From NCBI GenBank assembly GCA_028534125.1, contig CM052818.1:4838001-4902000 (forward strand): a DNA stretch of 64,000 nt. Direction: 5' to 3'. Source of the stretch: Lama glama (lineage: Eukaryota). The notes beneath the pieces are model-generated. The model was not told where the DNA came from and ran no database searches. It saw nothing but the letters and a program-made list of their open reading frames with translations. This document shows, piece by piece, positions 51,030 to 62,991 of this stretch. The translations under genes were made by a program, and so were the position numbers. Numbering within the stretch: position 1 is the first letter of the stretch; every line of letters starts with the position of its first letter.

Positions 51030-51280
51030 AAATCCCATAGGCCAATATCTCTGATGAACATAGATACAAAAATCCTCAACAAAATACTAGCAAATTGAAT
51101 TTAACAGCACATTAAAAGGATCATACATCATGATCAAGTGGGATTTATCCCGGGGAGGGAAAGATACTTCAACATAGCAAATGACTAAATGTAATGATGG
51201 AATAAAGGGTAAAAATCATGTGGTCATCTTCACAGATGCAGAAAAAGCATCTGACAGAGGCATTATCCTTTCATAACGAA
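51030..51280 (+). pseudogene. Decayed LINE-1 ORF2 fragment (start of the reverse-transcriptase domain)
   Basis: Translates as RPISLMNIDTKILNKILAN*I*QHIKRIIHHDQVGFIPG, the classic L1 RT motif, with in-frame stops. Confidence 0.9.
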
Positions 51281-51284
51281 AGGT

Positions 51285-52300
51285 CTGCCCTCTGCTCTTT
51301 CCCCCTGCACCTCCCTCCCACGGATCTGCCCCCACTGGCCTCCTAGTCATTTCTCCAACATGCCAACCTCCTACCATCTCGGGGTCTTACTTTCTCTGTC
51401 CCATCTGCCTGGTATGCTCTTCGCTCAGACTCTGGCATAGCTGGTTCCCAAACATCATTCAGATCTGAGCTTACACATCACCTTTGCAAAGAGACCTTCT
51501 TTGACCTTCCTAGTCAAAATACTTGTCCCTCAGCCCCTTACTTTCCGTTCTTTACCCTTGCTTCATTTCTCTTCCTGGCACTTTTCATCACCTTCCATTT
51601 CTATTTATTTACTTTAATTATATATTTATTTGTTTACTTTATTTATTTATTTATTTGCAATTCTGTCTCTCTGTGGTCAGTAGCTGCTAAAATGGCTAAT
51701 GATTCGTCTTCAGGTATTTTATGTGCCAGTGTGCGAGTTACCGCCATCTTGAATGTCCCCAGGACCTATTTCATCCTTCTTAAAGAACAGAATCAGCAAA
51801 AGTAGTGGAATTAGGGTTACAAAGAGACAACAACCTCCATCTTGCCTTCTCTTGTCCTCTCTCTCCCTCTCTCTGGGAGTCTTTGCTCTGGAGGCAGCAA
51901 ACTGCCACACTGTGAGGAGCCCCTGGTGAGGCCCATGTGGCAAGGGACTGATGACAAGGGCACAAGGCCTATTGGTAGACACCTGAGTGAACTAGAAGCC
52001 CAGCTGGGCTTTGAGATGATTGCAACCCCAGCTGACACTTCCTAGCCTTGTGACCCTGAATCAGAGGGCCCCCGGTAATTCCCAGAAACTATGAGATAAC
52101 AAATGTGTGTTGTTTGAAGTGGTCAAGTGTGGGGGTAATTTGTTACACAGCAGTGAATAATTAACAACATCTCCAGTGGAATAGAAACTCCACGGGGGAA
52201 TGGACTTCCTGTCTCGCTTGGCATTCTCTCCCAAGTCGGTAGAATAAAGCCTGGCACGGACAGACACACCATAAACACTGGCTTTAAATGAGTTAATGAA
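51285..52300 (+). mobile_element. L2 LINE 3' region split by an MLT1 LTR
   Basis: 'ccactggcctcct...catctgcctggtatgctctt' before the MLT; 'agaataaagcctggcac...aaatgagttaatgaa' after it. Confidence 0.75.
51672..52169 (+). mobile_element. MLT1 (E/F-like) MaLR solo LTR
   Basis: Starts 'tgtggtcag', ends 'cagaaactatgagataacaaatgtgtgttgttt...gtaatttgttacacagcagtgaataattaacaaca'. Confidence 0.8.
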
Positions 52301-53082
52301 CATTGGGGTTGGCTGGAAGACTCTGGATTTCTCAAAATATATGGGATGGAAGCTTGAACCAATGTTGATATTTAATGCTCAGGCTGTTCGTGGGGTCAAA
52401 GATGACTCCAGAAGTCTCAGGTAACAGACACTCTGGAAATAGTACCAGGCTCATTGTATCAATCTCTTGACTACGAATGTTGATGCCGGTCTATGTTGCT
52501 CAGCAAACCATCACTGAGTGTCCAATCAAGTTCAAGCTGAAGGTGGGGATAAACGTTCCATAGCTGCTCCGTGCCTTTGGGAGATTGACTCATCCCTCCC
52601 ATGTTTTCCTCATCAGTGAAGACCCTACGGGACTAGTGGTAATACATGGAATGAAGTAGCTCATGGGCTCAGGTTTGTTTTCCATAAATGGTGGTCTCCT
52701 TCTCCCTTGGGAGCTTATTAAATGAGGAGGTAAGAGTCACACATTAAAAAAAAAGATAACTAACATGGGCTGTAGTGTTTGTAATGTTATGTTAAGTACC
52801 AGATGTTTTTGAGGCAAGAGTTATATGAAATAATGAATTATTCTCTGTGGTGTGGGTGGTTGGGTGCACATTTGTCACTTGGGAATATCACCAGAAAATT
52901 CCATAATTTTTCCTCATGAGAGCTAGGAAGAAACAAATGCTGAAAATGGTCAAGTAAAACAAACTTTGCCAGTGAGGACCTGGAAACATAGTAGGAAAAG
53001 AAATAACAAGACTGTAACAGATTTACTCCTATCACTGATTACATCATAGTGCTAAATTCATATGGGCTGAGGAAAATGCATT

Positions 53083-53910
53083 TTCTTTGTTTTTATTGAA
53101 GTATAGTTGATTTACAAAGTTGTGTTAGTTTTTGGTGTGCAGCATAGTGATTCCATTATATATATATATATATATATATATATTCTTTTTCATTATAGGT
53201 TATTATAAGTTATTGAATGGAAGTTCCCTACACTATACAGTAGGACCTGTTATTTATCTATTCTGTGTATAGTAGTTTGTATCTGCTAATCCCAAATTCC
53301 AAATTTATTCCTTCCTTTCTTTTCCTTTTGGTAACCATGTTTGTTTTCTATGTCTGTGAGTCTGTTTCTGTTTTGTAAACAAGTTCATTTGTGTTATTTT
53401 TTTGGATTCTACATGTAAGTGATATCATATGATATTTGTCTTTCTCTGTCTGACTTACTTCACTTAGTATGATAATCTCCAGATCCATCCATGTTGCTGC
53501 AAATGACATTATTTCATTCTTTTTTCTGGCTGAGTAATATTCCATTGTATACATATACCACATCTTCTTTATCCAGGCATCTGTCAACGGACATTTAGGT
53601 TGCTTCCATGTCTTGGCTGTTGTAAATAGTGCTGCTATGAACATTAGGGTGCATGTGTCTTTTTGGATTAGAGTTCCCTCTGGATATACACCCAGGAGTG
53701 GGATTGCGGGATCATATGGTAAGTCTATTTTTAGTTTTTTAAGGAATTTCTATTCTGTTTTCTATAATGGTTACACCAAACTACATTCTCCCCAATAGTG
53801 TAAGAGGGTTCCCTTTCCTCCACACCCTTTCCAGCATTTACTGTTTGTGGAGTTTTTAATGATGGCCGTTCTAACTGGTGTGAGGTGATACCTCATTGTA
53901 GGTTTGATTT
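53083..53910 (-). mobile_element. 5'-truncated LINE-1 (ORF2 C-terminus + 3' UTR), comparatively young
   Basis: ORF 53348-53644 (-) MFIAALFTTAKTWKQPKCP...WIKKMWYMYTMEYYSA is the L1 ORF2 C-terminus; TSD GGAAAATGCATT at 53071-53082 and 53911-53922; internal (TA)n. Confidence 0.95.
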
Positions 53911-55357
53911 GGAAAATGCATTGTTCTTAAAGTCTGCCATCTACTTCCAGGAAAGACAGAGCAGGATCTCCCAATCTGTACTCCCACAGGAAGAAGTGCA
54001 CTGAAAATAATGATTTCGTTCTAATGGCTTATTCTAATTTGTATAAGTAAGTCCTTGGGATTCTATGGAAAACTAATAATAATAATAATAAAGTTTATTT
54101 TTCTTTCGCTATGTGCTGACTACTATTCAGATTGTGAGCAGCTCCTCTGGAAGGCAAGGGGAAAGAGTGGATGTGAAATTCTGCCATACATGTCCAGCTT
54201 TCTGGGAGAAATTTTACTTTCAAAGGAAAATAACAGCATAATAGGAACCACATTGGAATCAGCACATATCCAATACCATGGAGGAAAAGTGACCATGGCT
54301 GTCTACACATGTAGGCAGCTCATTCAAACTGGTTCAAAAATTCCACTTTCCATCAGTGGTCTGTGTGTGTCCGCATGGTGACAAATGGCCCAAGCAGGGC
54401 TTCGGAGGTGTTGGCGCCACCAGTGAGTGCCAGAAGGAATGTGGTGAAAGTTCTGATTTGGACCTTTCAGACCAGAGGTACTTGCCAAAATGGATGGGTC
54501 CTTCTGGCCACCTCTTGTAAGCACAGCCACAGGTATTCCGTTGAAATCTGTGGGTGAGAAAGACATAAACTGGTGCTATAAATTTGTCAGACCAGGAAGC
54601 CACAGGCCGTTTGGTAAATGGTAAACCCAATGGCCCAAGAGAACAAAGGAGTCTCTTTTCATCAAAACGATCAGGCTCATTCAACAAATATTTATTGAGG
54701 GCCTACTCTTGGCCAGACCTAATAGAAACCGACAAGGTCTCTTATTTAAAGAGTGCTTGATGTTGGGGAGCAAAACCCCAATTCACCTGGGATGGTGCGG
54801 GCCTCTCTGTGCACCGCAACGTGATGGAAAAGAGGAACTAGTGTCCTGGGACAGGCCCGACAACCTGCATATTGCAGCACCCAGTCTGCCCACTGACTCT
54901 TGGGGTGCTGCTCTTATGGGGTGAGTTTTGGGTCTTGGTTTGCTCAGGCCAAGACCTTTCACGTGTTGGAAGGACTCCAAACGCTGGAGTCAGCATTTTG
55001 CTGTCGCATTTCATAAACAAGCCAGCGATCTCAACAGAAGTGAAATAGCATCTCTTCTAAACTGAAATCTGAATTTCATCTCCCTGAGTTGATAACTTTG
55101 AGTAGCGACTGTTGAGTCATTTAGCTAAAAAGGATGTTGAAAGTTAATTTACTCACCACACTCCGGGCTCATGCAGTTCTTGAAGGATGGGAAATATCGC
55201 CTCTTAAAGCAGATCTTCTGAAAAGGAGAGGCCACTGCTTCTTGCAGTAATGTATTCTGATGTTTTGTTGCCTTCACAGTTAACTATTTTTTTTATCATA
55301 TTTAACCTAAGTCAATTCAGCAGCAGTTTATATCTGTTTTAAAGATTTTGCTCTTGG

Positions 55358-55544
55358 GTGAGGGGAGGGTATAGCTTCGTGGTAGAGTGCGTATCTAGCG
55401 TGCACAAGGTCCTGGGTTCAAGTCCAGGTACCTGTGTTTAAAAAACAAACAAACAGAAACAGACAAAACCCTAAAATTACCTCTCCCCATGAAAAAAAAA
55501 TTTAAATGAAATAGAGGAAAAACTTCCAAAAGGAAAACAAACAA
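55358..55544 (+). mobile_element. tRNA-Ala-derived SINE (Vic-1-like)
   Basis: ggggagggtatagcttcgtggtagagtgcgtatctagcgtgcacaaggtcctgggttcaagtcc; TSD AAAGATTTTGCTC(T/C)TGG at 55341-55357 and 55545-55561. Confidence 0.9.
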
Positions 55545-55729
55545 AAAGATTTTGCTCCTGGATAGTTGAATAATAGTTGATCAGAAGCCTCAGGTAAAAA
55601 CAGTTATTGAATTGTCTCCTTAGTGTTTATCAGATCCAACTCCTCTTAATTCTTCCTGGGGAACACGAATGTTGTACACGAGCACGCTGAGTGGGACACC
55701 AAGAAGAAGGATGATGAGCTGTTACCCTG

Positions 55730-55900
55730 CGCCAGACGTTGAACTAAGTGTTTTATCCAGACCATCTTCATCACTCCTTACAACAAGACTTCTGGGGTCG
55801 TTCCAGTCATTTCCTCCATTTTATAAGTGGGAAAGCAAAGGCTTTCAGAGAAGTTTGTTCTTTGCATGACACCACAGCTAGGAAAGGATGGTGCTACCAT
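55730..55900 (-). mobile_element. MIR SINE
   Basis: 'ctccattttataagtgggaaagcaaaggctttcagagaagtt...cacagctagg'. Confidence 0.65.
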
Positions 55901-56243
55901 GTCAAGATATAACAGTGCCGACGTTTTCCAATTAATTCGAAAGATCTGATGGCTTAACCTTTTATGCTAATAGATCCAAGCATTAAATTGAGTGTTAACA
56001 AATCCACATCCCACTTTTAAAAATAAACTTGTTCATGTTCTGTCTAATGCCCATTTGTCGCTCAAGTGTTTGCAGAATCGGGGGCTAATTTTTCCAAACT
56101 CTTACTCTTTTTCCAACCATAAGCCCTGTTTTAAACCTTTGTTTAATCTTCAACTTCCAATCCACAAAAATACTGGTTGGTGATGCATCTAATACTTTGG
56201 CAATTTCCCTCGGGCATGTAAGTCTTTAGAATTATCTGGTTAA

Positions 56244-56397
56244 GCCAGAAGCTTTCAGTCTTGGCTGAGCATTAGAATCACTTAGGGGAGCTCGTAAAGG
56301 TCCTGGTGCCAGGGCCACACCCAAGACCAATTAAATTAGAATCGCTGTGGGTGAGATGCAGGTGATTCCAAAGAGTATCCAAGGTTGGAGCCACTAA
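56244..56397. mobile_element. MER5-type hAT-Charlie DNA transposon
   Basis: 'cattagaatcacttaggggagct...agaccaattaaattagaatcgct...ggtgattcca...aaggttggagccact'. Confidence 0.75.
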
Positions 56398-57102
56398 TTT
56401 CAAGCATTCTTCCCTGGACTTTTCCTATATATTCATTTTACCTGTGGCCGGCTCTGGCTGCTACCCATCCGGCTGGTCTGCGAGTTGGCCAAGTCGACAC
56501 CCACTCCCAAAAGCCATCTCATTACTTGACTCTAATGTAGAGGCTGAAGAAGCTAAATAAATAGTCTCTTTTGCAGACCTCCTTGGAGATGGAGGAGCTA
56601 TGTGATGTGGTTCTGGCCATGACAGGAGAGTGACTGTCAAAGGCTTCTGGGAAGCCCATGCCTCTGTGTGTTTTCCACGATGACTTTGTTTAGGCACTTG
56701 GATTTTTCACTTTTCATCTGAATGTTTATATTTATCCGAGTGTTCCCCTAGACATAGAGTGAGCACATGACTTGACTCAAAAGTAAGTTGAATGGGAAAT
56801 CAGGGGAGAATTTGATATCCTCTTATTGATGCCTTAGTCTCTTTGCTTCTTCATAGAGACCTTGGAATCCATGACAAAAGTGTCTACCTACTGAGAAGGT
56901 AAAGGCTAAGGAATCTGAGAACCTCAAGGTTTTCTTTCTGTCGGGAGGTGGGGGGTGGTGGTGAAATGATCACCAAGAAAATGCTTGTCAGGCATAACTT
57001 CCATGTTAGATGTACGATATTTATAGAGGGAAGCTGAAGGGACTATAGGTTATATAGTTTCAAGTTAGCAAAGCCTTAATCTGGGCTGTATGTTCGTTAT
57101 AT

Positions 57103-57142
57103 ATGTGTGTATGTGTGTGTGTGTGCGTGTGTGTGTGAGTGT
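57103..57142. repeat. (GT)n microsatellite
   Basis: atgtgtgtatgtgtgtgtgtgtgcgtgtgtgtgtgagtgt. Confidence 0.9.
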
Positions 57143-59215
57143 GATGTTTGCTAATTTTTTGTGTGACTTTTTATTGAAGTATAATGTCTGTACAAAAAAA
57201 AAAAAAGTGCCCACATAGTAAAGAAGAGCTCAGAGAATTTTCACAAACACATCTTTGTACCTAGCTCTTGGATCAAGAAAGAAAACATTACCAGCACCCT
57301 TAGAACCCCCTTTTTCTCCCTTCTAGTGACATCCTTTTGACCGAGGATAACCACGAGACACCCATTTCTTTCTATCTTTTTTTTTTTTTAAACATACAAG
57401 GTCAGCTCTTCTCCCATTTTCACGTGCTCTCTATTGAGATGAGAAAGTCAGATCTATCCCAGGGCACATTTAATTATGGGCAAATGAAAAGAAAGAAATA
57501 AAATCCAGACCCACAAAGCAAAGATTTAAGTTGGCATCGCTTCCCATATAATTGTGATACCGGCAGACACCCAATAAACATATCAGCATTGTGCAGATGA
57601 TTTATCAGCCAAAGAGGTGAATGTAAAATATTATCAATACGGGTGTCATCATTGATCTTCCCTGGGTCTCCCCGCTGAAGAATGGGGCCGTTGGATGGTT
57701 TCAACAAACAATCCTTGACAGGAAACCAAAGGCAACAAGACGCAGGGACAGACAGCTGACAAATACAGTCCGGGGCCATTAAAGCATGTGATGAATTTGC
57801 CAGGAAAGTATATATTTGTGCAAGAGGTGAGCTCATATCTCCCATAAATTTGTCAGCCGTGACACAGTGTTCCCCGGCTTGGCATGAGTAATGCCTTGCT
57901 ATTTGCTGCCTTTGTCTGGCAAAAGCTCTATCAGTCACTCCAGGGTTATTTACAAAGAAACGTGTCTATCAGTTACAAGGACATGACTTTGCCGCTAAAA
58001 GATAACAAAAGAGGAAATCAGGCAGTGGCCTCTCTGCGAAGGATGCGTCCCTTCCAGACAAGCTCTGGACTGGAATGAATCAGATGGACCGCAATTGGCC
58101 GGGCTGGCCCCGTGCCTGGCATGACCAGCCTAGTACATTTATCCACGCTGATTAGATTAGAAATTATTAATAGGGGGCTACGGAGTAGAGCAAAAGGTCA
58201 TTTAGAGTTTAATTCTGTTCTCAGATAACTTCATTTCGGCTGATGGGATTGTTATTGTAGGGGTTTTATATGTTTATAGGAAACAATATACTCAGTAATG
58301 AAGTCTTGCCTCCTTCTGCAAGGTCAGGAAAGCTATTGTGTAGCTAGATTGAAGTCTTCACAATTGTGTTAATTAAGTAACAGTGATCGGGCTTGGGCTC
58401 CTCTTGAAATGCATTTAAGGGCCTAAAAGCTGCTGAGAATGTGTTCTTTCAGTACAAATATACAGGAGAGCAAGTCCGACCAGAAAGATGTTCGCGACTG
58501 AGTAAACGCGAAGCTTTTACTTAAGGCAGACAGGAGCCTGGTTGGCAGATGAAACTTCTTGTCGCATAAATACAAATGTCTTGCCAGTTTAGGACTAAAC
58601 CTAACAGGTTCCTTTTTCTTTACTCAATTCCTGCTGAATCCGGAAGATGAAGTTAGAGAATTTGATGTTGACGGTACAGTACATCTCCTCAGTCATTTCC
58701 CTCCCTCCCAGGTCCCCTTCTCTGATAAGGGGCCGTTTCCCTGATCTTGTCTAACAGGCCAGGGCCATCGGTGACAGAGACTTCAGCTCTGTCCTTCACT
58801 GGAGGCCCCTCTGGAGGGTTTATAACCCGAACATTGACATTTGTTAAAGGTTTGTTCCGAGAGAAAAGAACCCTTCTAAACAGCTAAAACAGATTCTAAA
58901 CGACCTTAGATAAAGAGTGCGTTGATAGAGAGCAGTCTGCTATCTTCCTTCTTAAAGTCCACAGAAGACCTTTGGGTTCTATTTGTAAGCAAGTAACTCT
59001 TATTTGGCTTCAGGTATAGTGATATCGTTTAAGGGGACTTTTGAAGTAAAACTTGGTGACTGGTGATTGAGTCTTGTCTTTCCAACTCCCCCCAAAGTCT
59101 CCCATCCATATGCAAGGAAACCACCATCCCAGGACAGAACGTGGTCTTCCCAATAGGAGGACTATTGAATAGAAATGATATTTTCCTTAACGTAAGTTTT
59201 ATTTTTAAATATCCC

Positions 59216-59435
59216 TAAGGCAACAAATCCTGACTAGGAGTGATTTTGTCCCCCCGGGGACATCTGGCAATGGCTACAGGCATTTTTTCATTGTAACAGC
59301 TGGGGTGGGGGTGCTGATGGCATCTAGCAGGTAGAGGTCAGGGATGCTGCTAGACATGCTGCGATGCACAGGACGGCACCAGCAATGAGGGAGTAGCTGG
59401 CCCCAAATGTCAAGTGTCAAGGTTGAGGAACCCTG
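59216..59435 (+). mobile_element. MER20 hAT-Charlie DNA transposon
   Basis: 'gattttgtccccccggggacatctggcaatg...ggcatctagcaggtagaggtcagggatgctgcta...ccccaaatgtcaa...aaggttgaggaaccctg'. Confidence 0.9.
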
Positions 59436-59449
59436 CTCAAAAGAACCTT

Positions 59450-59723
59450 GGGCAAAGGAGGTGGGGAGGGATAAGCTGGGAGTTCAGGATTTGCAGATAC
59501 CAACTACTACATATAAAATAGATAAACAACAAGGTCCTACTGTATAGCACAGGGAACTATATTCAATACTTTGTAATAACCTATAATGAAGAAGAATATG
59601 GAAAGGAATATATGCATGTCTATGTATGACTGAATCACAATGCTATACACCAGAAATTAACACAACATTGTAAATCAACTACAATTTTAAAAAAGTTAAA
59701 AAAAAATGTCCCATACAAAAAAT
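59450..59723 (+). mobile_element. LINE-1 3' tail
   Basis: 'aaaatagataaacaacaaggtcctactgtatagcacagggaactatattcaata'; TSD AAGAACCTT at 59441-59449 and 59724-59732. Confidence 0.9.
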
Positions 59724-60672
59724 AAGAACCTTTAAAATCAATGATAAATGAGGACTTGGGGGAGATGACTGTGTCTGAGGAATAAGGTACCACACAGAGC
59801 ATCTGTTTAGAAAACAAATCTATAAATGACATTATATATAGATAATATATCAGGATTTGAAAAATACAAGATTGCTTATAAAGCCACTCATTTCAATGAA
59901 AACTTGGGAGCTAGGAAAGATCACATTCTTTTTCATTGCTGTTCTATGATGAGCCACATGATTTTATTTATTTACTTATTTAATTTATTTTTAAACAGCT
60001 TTATTGTGGTATGGTTCCTGCATAGTAAACCACACATATTTTAGATGTATAATGTGATGAATTTTGATAGATGAATACACCCATGAAACCACCACCATAA
60101 TCAAGACAGCTCACATTTCCATCACTCCCCAAGAGGTGCAGTTTTCAAATTCCCAATTTATCCCTTCCTACCCCCTTTACCTCCTGGTAACCATAAGTTT
60201 GTTCTCTGTGTCTGGGGCCACACAGTTTTAGAGTTATTGTGAATGTGGAGCCATGTCAAGAGCTTTGAGGAAACAGGTAAAAGCAGTGTGATATATTGGA
60301 CGAAAGGCTGAGCTGAGATTCCAAACATCTAAGAGCTACCCTGCCGTTGACCAAACATGAGCCTGGCTGAGTGATTTAACCCATCTGGGCCTTAGTTGCT
60401 GTATCTGACCAGATATGGAGACCGAAAAGTTTGTCATCCTTCCTTGGCTATTCCTTCTCCTCCAGATACAGTCAGAGACAGCACAGACACTTCTCCTTAG
60501 TGTCCTGGCTCACAGGCATCCATCCCTTCCTACAGTCCCACTGGCCTGACTTGAGTTTGGGTCCTTGTTATTTCACATCTGGGCTGTTGCGATAGTTTCT
60601 TGGCTGATCTTCTCCCCTCAAAAGTGTCCCGTAAAATGCTACCATCTTGTCTTAAATTTAACCCATTACTTT

Positions 60673-61187
60673 TGTTACTAAGCCCAAACTCATTCTGCTC
60701 ACCCCAAGACAAGCCAATAAATCGGGAGATGTGTTGGGGCAGGAAAGAGAGACTTTATTCAGAAAGCTAGCAGACTGAGAGCATGGCAGACTAATGTCCT
60801 GGAGAATCATCTTCCCCAAGTCAGAATTCAGGCTCTGAATTCTTAGTATAAAAGATACTAAGAAGGGGAGGGGGTGTGGTTGGTTGTTGCAAACTTCCTG
60901 GTGTCAGAATCCTTTGTTCTTGCAGCCGTCCACGTAGGTCAGGTCATGGTGTTCTTGTAAACCTCCAGCAAGACAAATGTTATTCTCTGTTCTGCAACTT
61001 TTTTATCTCTATGTTAATGCAACAGTGTTATACCCTTAAAGGTCAGAGCCTTGAGAATGGGCAATCCTGTCTATTTCAGGCTGTAAGCAGCCTTTTACAA
61101 AAGCTGCAGAACCAGCGTGACCAAGCACAGGGGTAGAGCTGAAGGAACAGATTCAATATGGAGTCAGATTTGTTCGCTCCTATTACA
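60673..61187 (-). mobile_element. Solo ERV1-class LTR (515 bp), same family as 29234-29762
   Basis: TGTTA...TTACA termini; long shared blocks such as 'gtgtggttggttgttgcaaacttc' and 'cagtgttatacccttaaaggtcagagccttgagaa'; near-TSD CTTT/TTTT. Confidence 0.85.
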
Positions 61188-62295
61188 TTTTGTTTACATC
61201 ACTCCTCTCAAATTCTTCAGTGCCTGTAAAGTCATCCTTTGTATGACAACCCAGTCCCTCTCAGATCTGTTCAAGATGAGTTTCTATACCAGAATGAGGC
61301 ATTTTCCCTCCTTGGATCTTGGCTGTCCCCGTCACATCACTGTACTTACTGCCTTCCCCACGATAGCATGGACTAGATCAGGTCTGCCTGCTGAGTCTTG
61401 TTCAGAAATACCCTCTTGTCTGGTGTGTTCTCCCCTTGTTGGTATCTCTCAACCTTCCTTCAAATCTAAAGTCCCATGGTCTCTCAGAACTTCACTAAGA
61501 GTTCCATGATACCTCTGTCTTCTAAGCTTATAGGTACCTACTGTTCGTACAATGTGTATGGTACTAACCATATTTGTCTAGCTAGCTATAGAAGTTTCTT
61601 CTCCCTTCATTGATATCTTTCACCCCATCTCCACTATCCAAGGGAAAAGAGACAGAGACTATCACACTGAAGTCGGCTTTCCACGGGACTCTATGAGAAA
61701 GGATGTTTTCCATTTCCCGCATCCTCTGGAATCAACACCTATTCGTCATTGGCTAAAGCTAAGACACTCTGGGAGATAAGAGACATATTTGTACATATAA
61801 ATAAAAATATCAAGTCTTTCCAATTAGGCTGTAAGCCTCATCCTGTCACGATGCCCACGATGTTTGTGTCCTCTGTGCGTTGTCATAGAAGGTGTCCAAA
61901 GAATGGTTATATGGTAGCTTCCATTTTGCATATGATTTTCTCTATCAAAACTAACAATATAGTGAAATAAAAATACTATCCAGACTTGGGAGGCGTTTTG
62001 GTTACTACAGGAAACACTTCACATTAAAAAAAAAAAAACGCTTTATATATATGGACATATATAGAGATTTTTAAAGAGAAACATCTCTGTTTAATATGCC
62101 TCTTGTAGTCCAAGAACAAATGCTTTCTTGAGGGTCTCAGTTGTCTCTTATATGTTCCAAAGATAATGGATTCTACTGGATTGCTAAACTTATATGAAAT
62201 TCTCAGATTTTGACACGGAATTGGAGGAGATTGCCCACATTGCTCAGTATTTTTTTTTTTTTGAGCAGTCTGGCTGAGATTTGTATGTAGCACGT

Positions 62296-62404
62296 GGGAG
62301 AGGAGTATAGCTCAGTGGTAGAGTGTGTGCCTAGCATGCATGAAGTCCTGGGTTTGATCCCCAGTCCCGCCATTAAATAGATAGATAGACAGACAGACAG
62401 ATAG
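62296..62404 (+). mobile_element. tRNA-Ala-derived SINE (short form) with (GATA/GACA)n tail
   Basis: gtatagctcagtggtagagtgtgtgcctagcatgcatgaagtcctgggtttgatcccc then tagatagatagacagacagacagatag. Confidence 0.85.
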
Positions 62405-62803
62405 AGCTTGTGGTTTTATGACCACACACGCATCAAAGTATTCTTTTCATCTTTTTTTTCTCTTTTGACTTAAGCATACTTGGGGGAAGTGCCTGCCAGG
62501 AGCTTCTACTGATTGAGCTGCCTGCCTTGCTTCATCTGTAAAAGTTCGTTTGCAGGTCCCCAAAGTTTTCTCCTTTGTGTATAAAAAGGCTAGCCTCTCT
62601 GTCTGTGTACTGCAATATTCACTCCAGGGTTTTCCAGTCTCGGCCGCGACGTTCCTTTTGTGACTACTGAAAAAGTGGTGTGTGACAGTGAGACGCGTTT
62701 CTTCCCTGTGACCTGACTTGGTCTCTTTTTAATCGATGAGTTTCCTGATGTCATCCCCCTCGAGCTAGAATGTTCACCTGTTAAAGGAACAACATAGCTT
62801 AAG

Positions 62804-62965
62804 GCAGTGGTTCTCAAAGGGTGGTCCCCAGACCAATGGCACCAGCATCGTCTGAGAACTTGTTAGAAAGGCAAATTCCTAACTCTTACTCATCAAATCA
62901 AGAACCTGGGGACTGGGACCAGCCATCTGGGTTTTTCTGATACAAGAATAATTCTGAAAACTGTC
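62804..62965 (+). mobile_element. MER5A hAT-Charlie DNA transposon
   Basis: 'cagtggttctcaaagggtggtccccagacca...cagcatcgtctgagaacttgttagaaaggcaaatt'. Confidence 0.85.
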
Positions 62966-62991
62966 GGCTTAGTTATTAACAGTGTGAGCTC

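Noticed and set aside
57474..57938. 154-aa minus-strand ORF in the motif-rich island
   Set aside because: Non-ATG start, no recognisable homology or splice context; better explained as non-coding regulatory DNA (a codon-conservation test such as PhyloCSF would settle it)
29234..61187. Full provirus bounded by the two homologous LTRs
   Set aside because: 31-kb spacing, separate TSD-like flanks for each LTR, and no gag/pol/env recognisable between them
62640..62765. Cluster of EagI, MluI, ClaI and XhoI sites suggesting a vector polylinker
   Set aside because: Sites are 25-50 bp apart within ordinary genomic-looking sequence and there is no vector backbone; just a CpG-retaining patch
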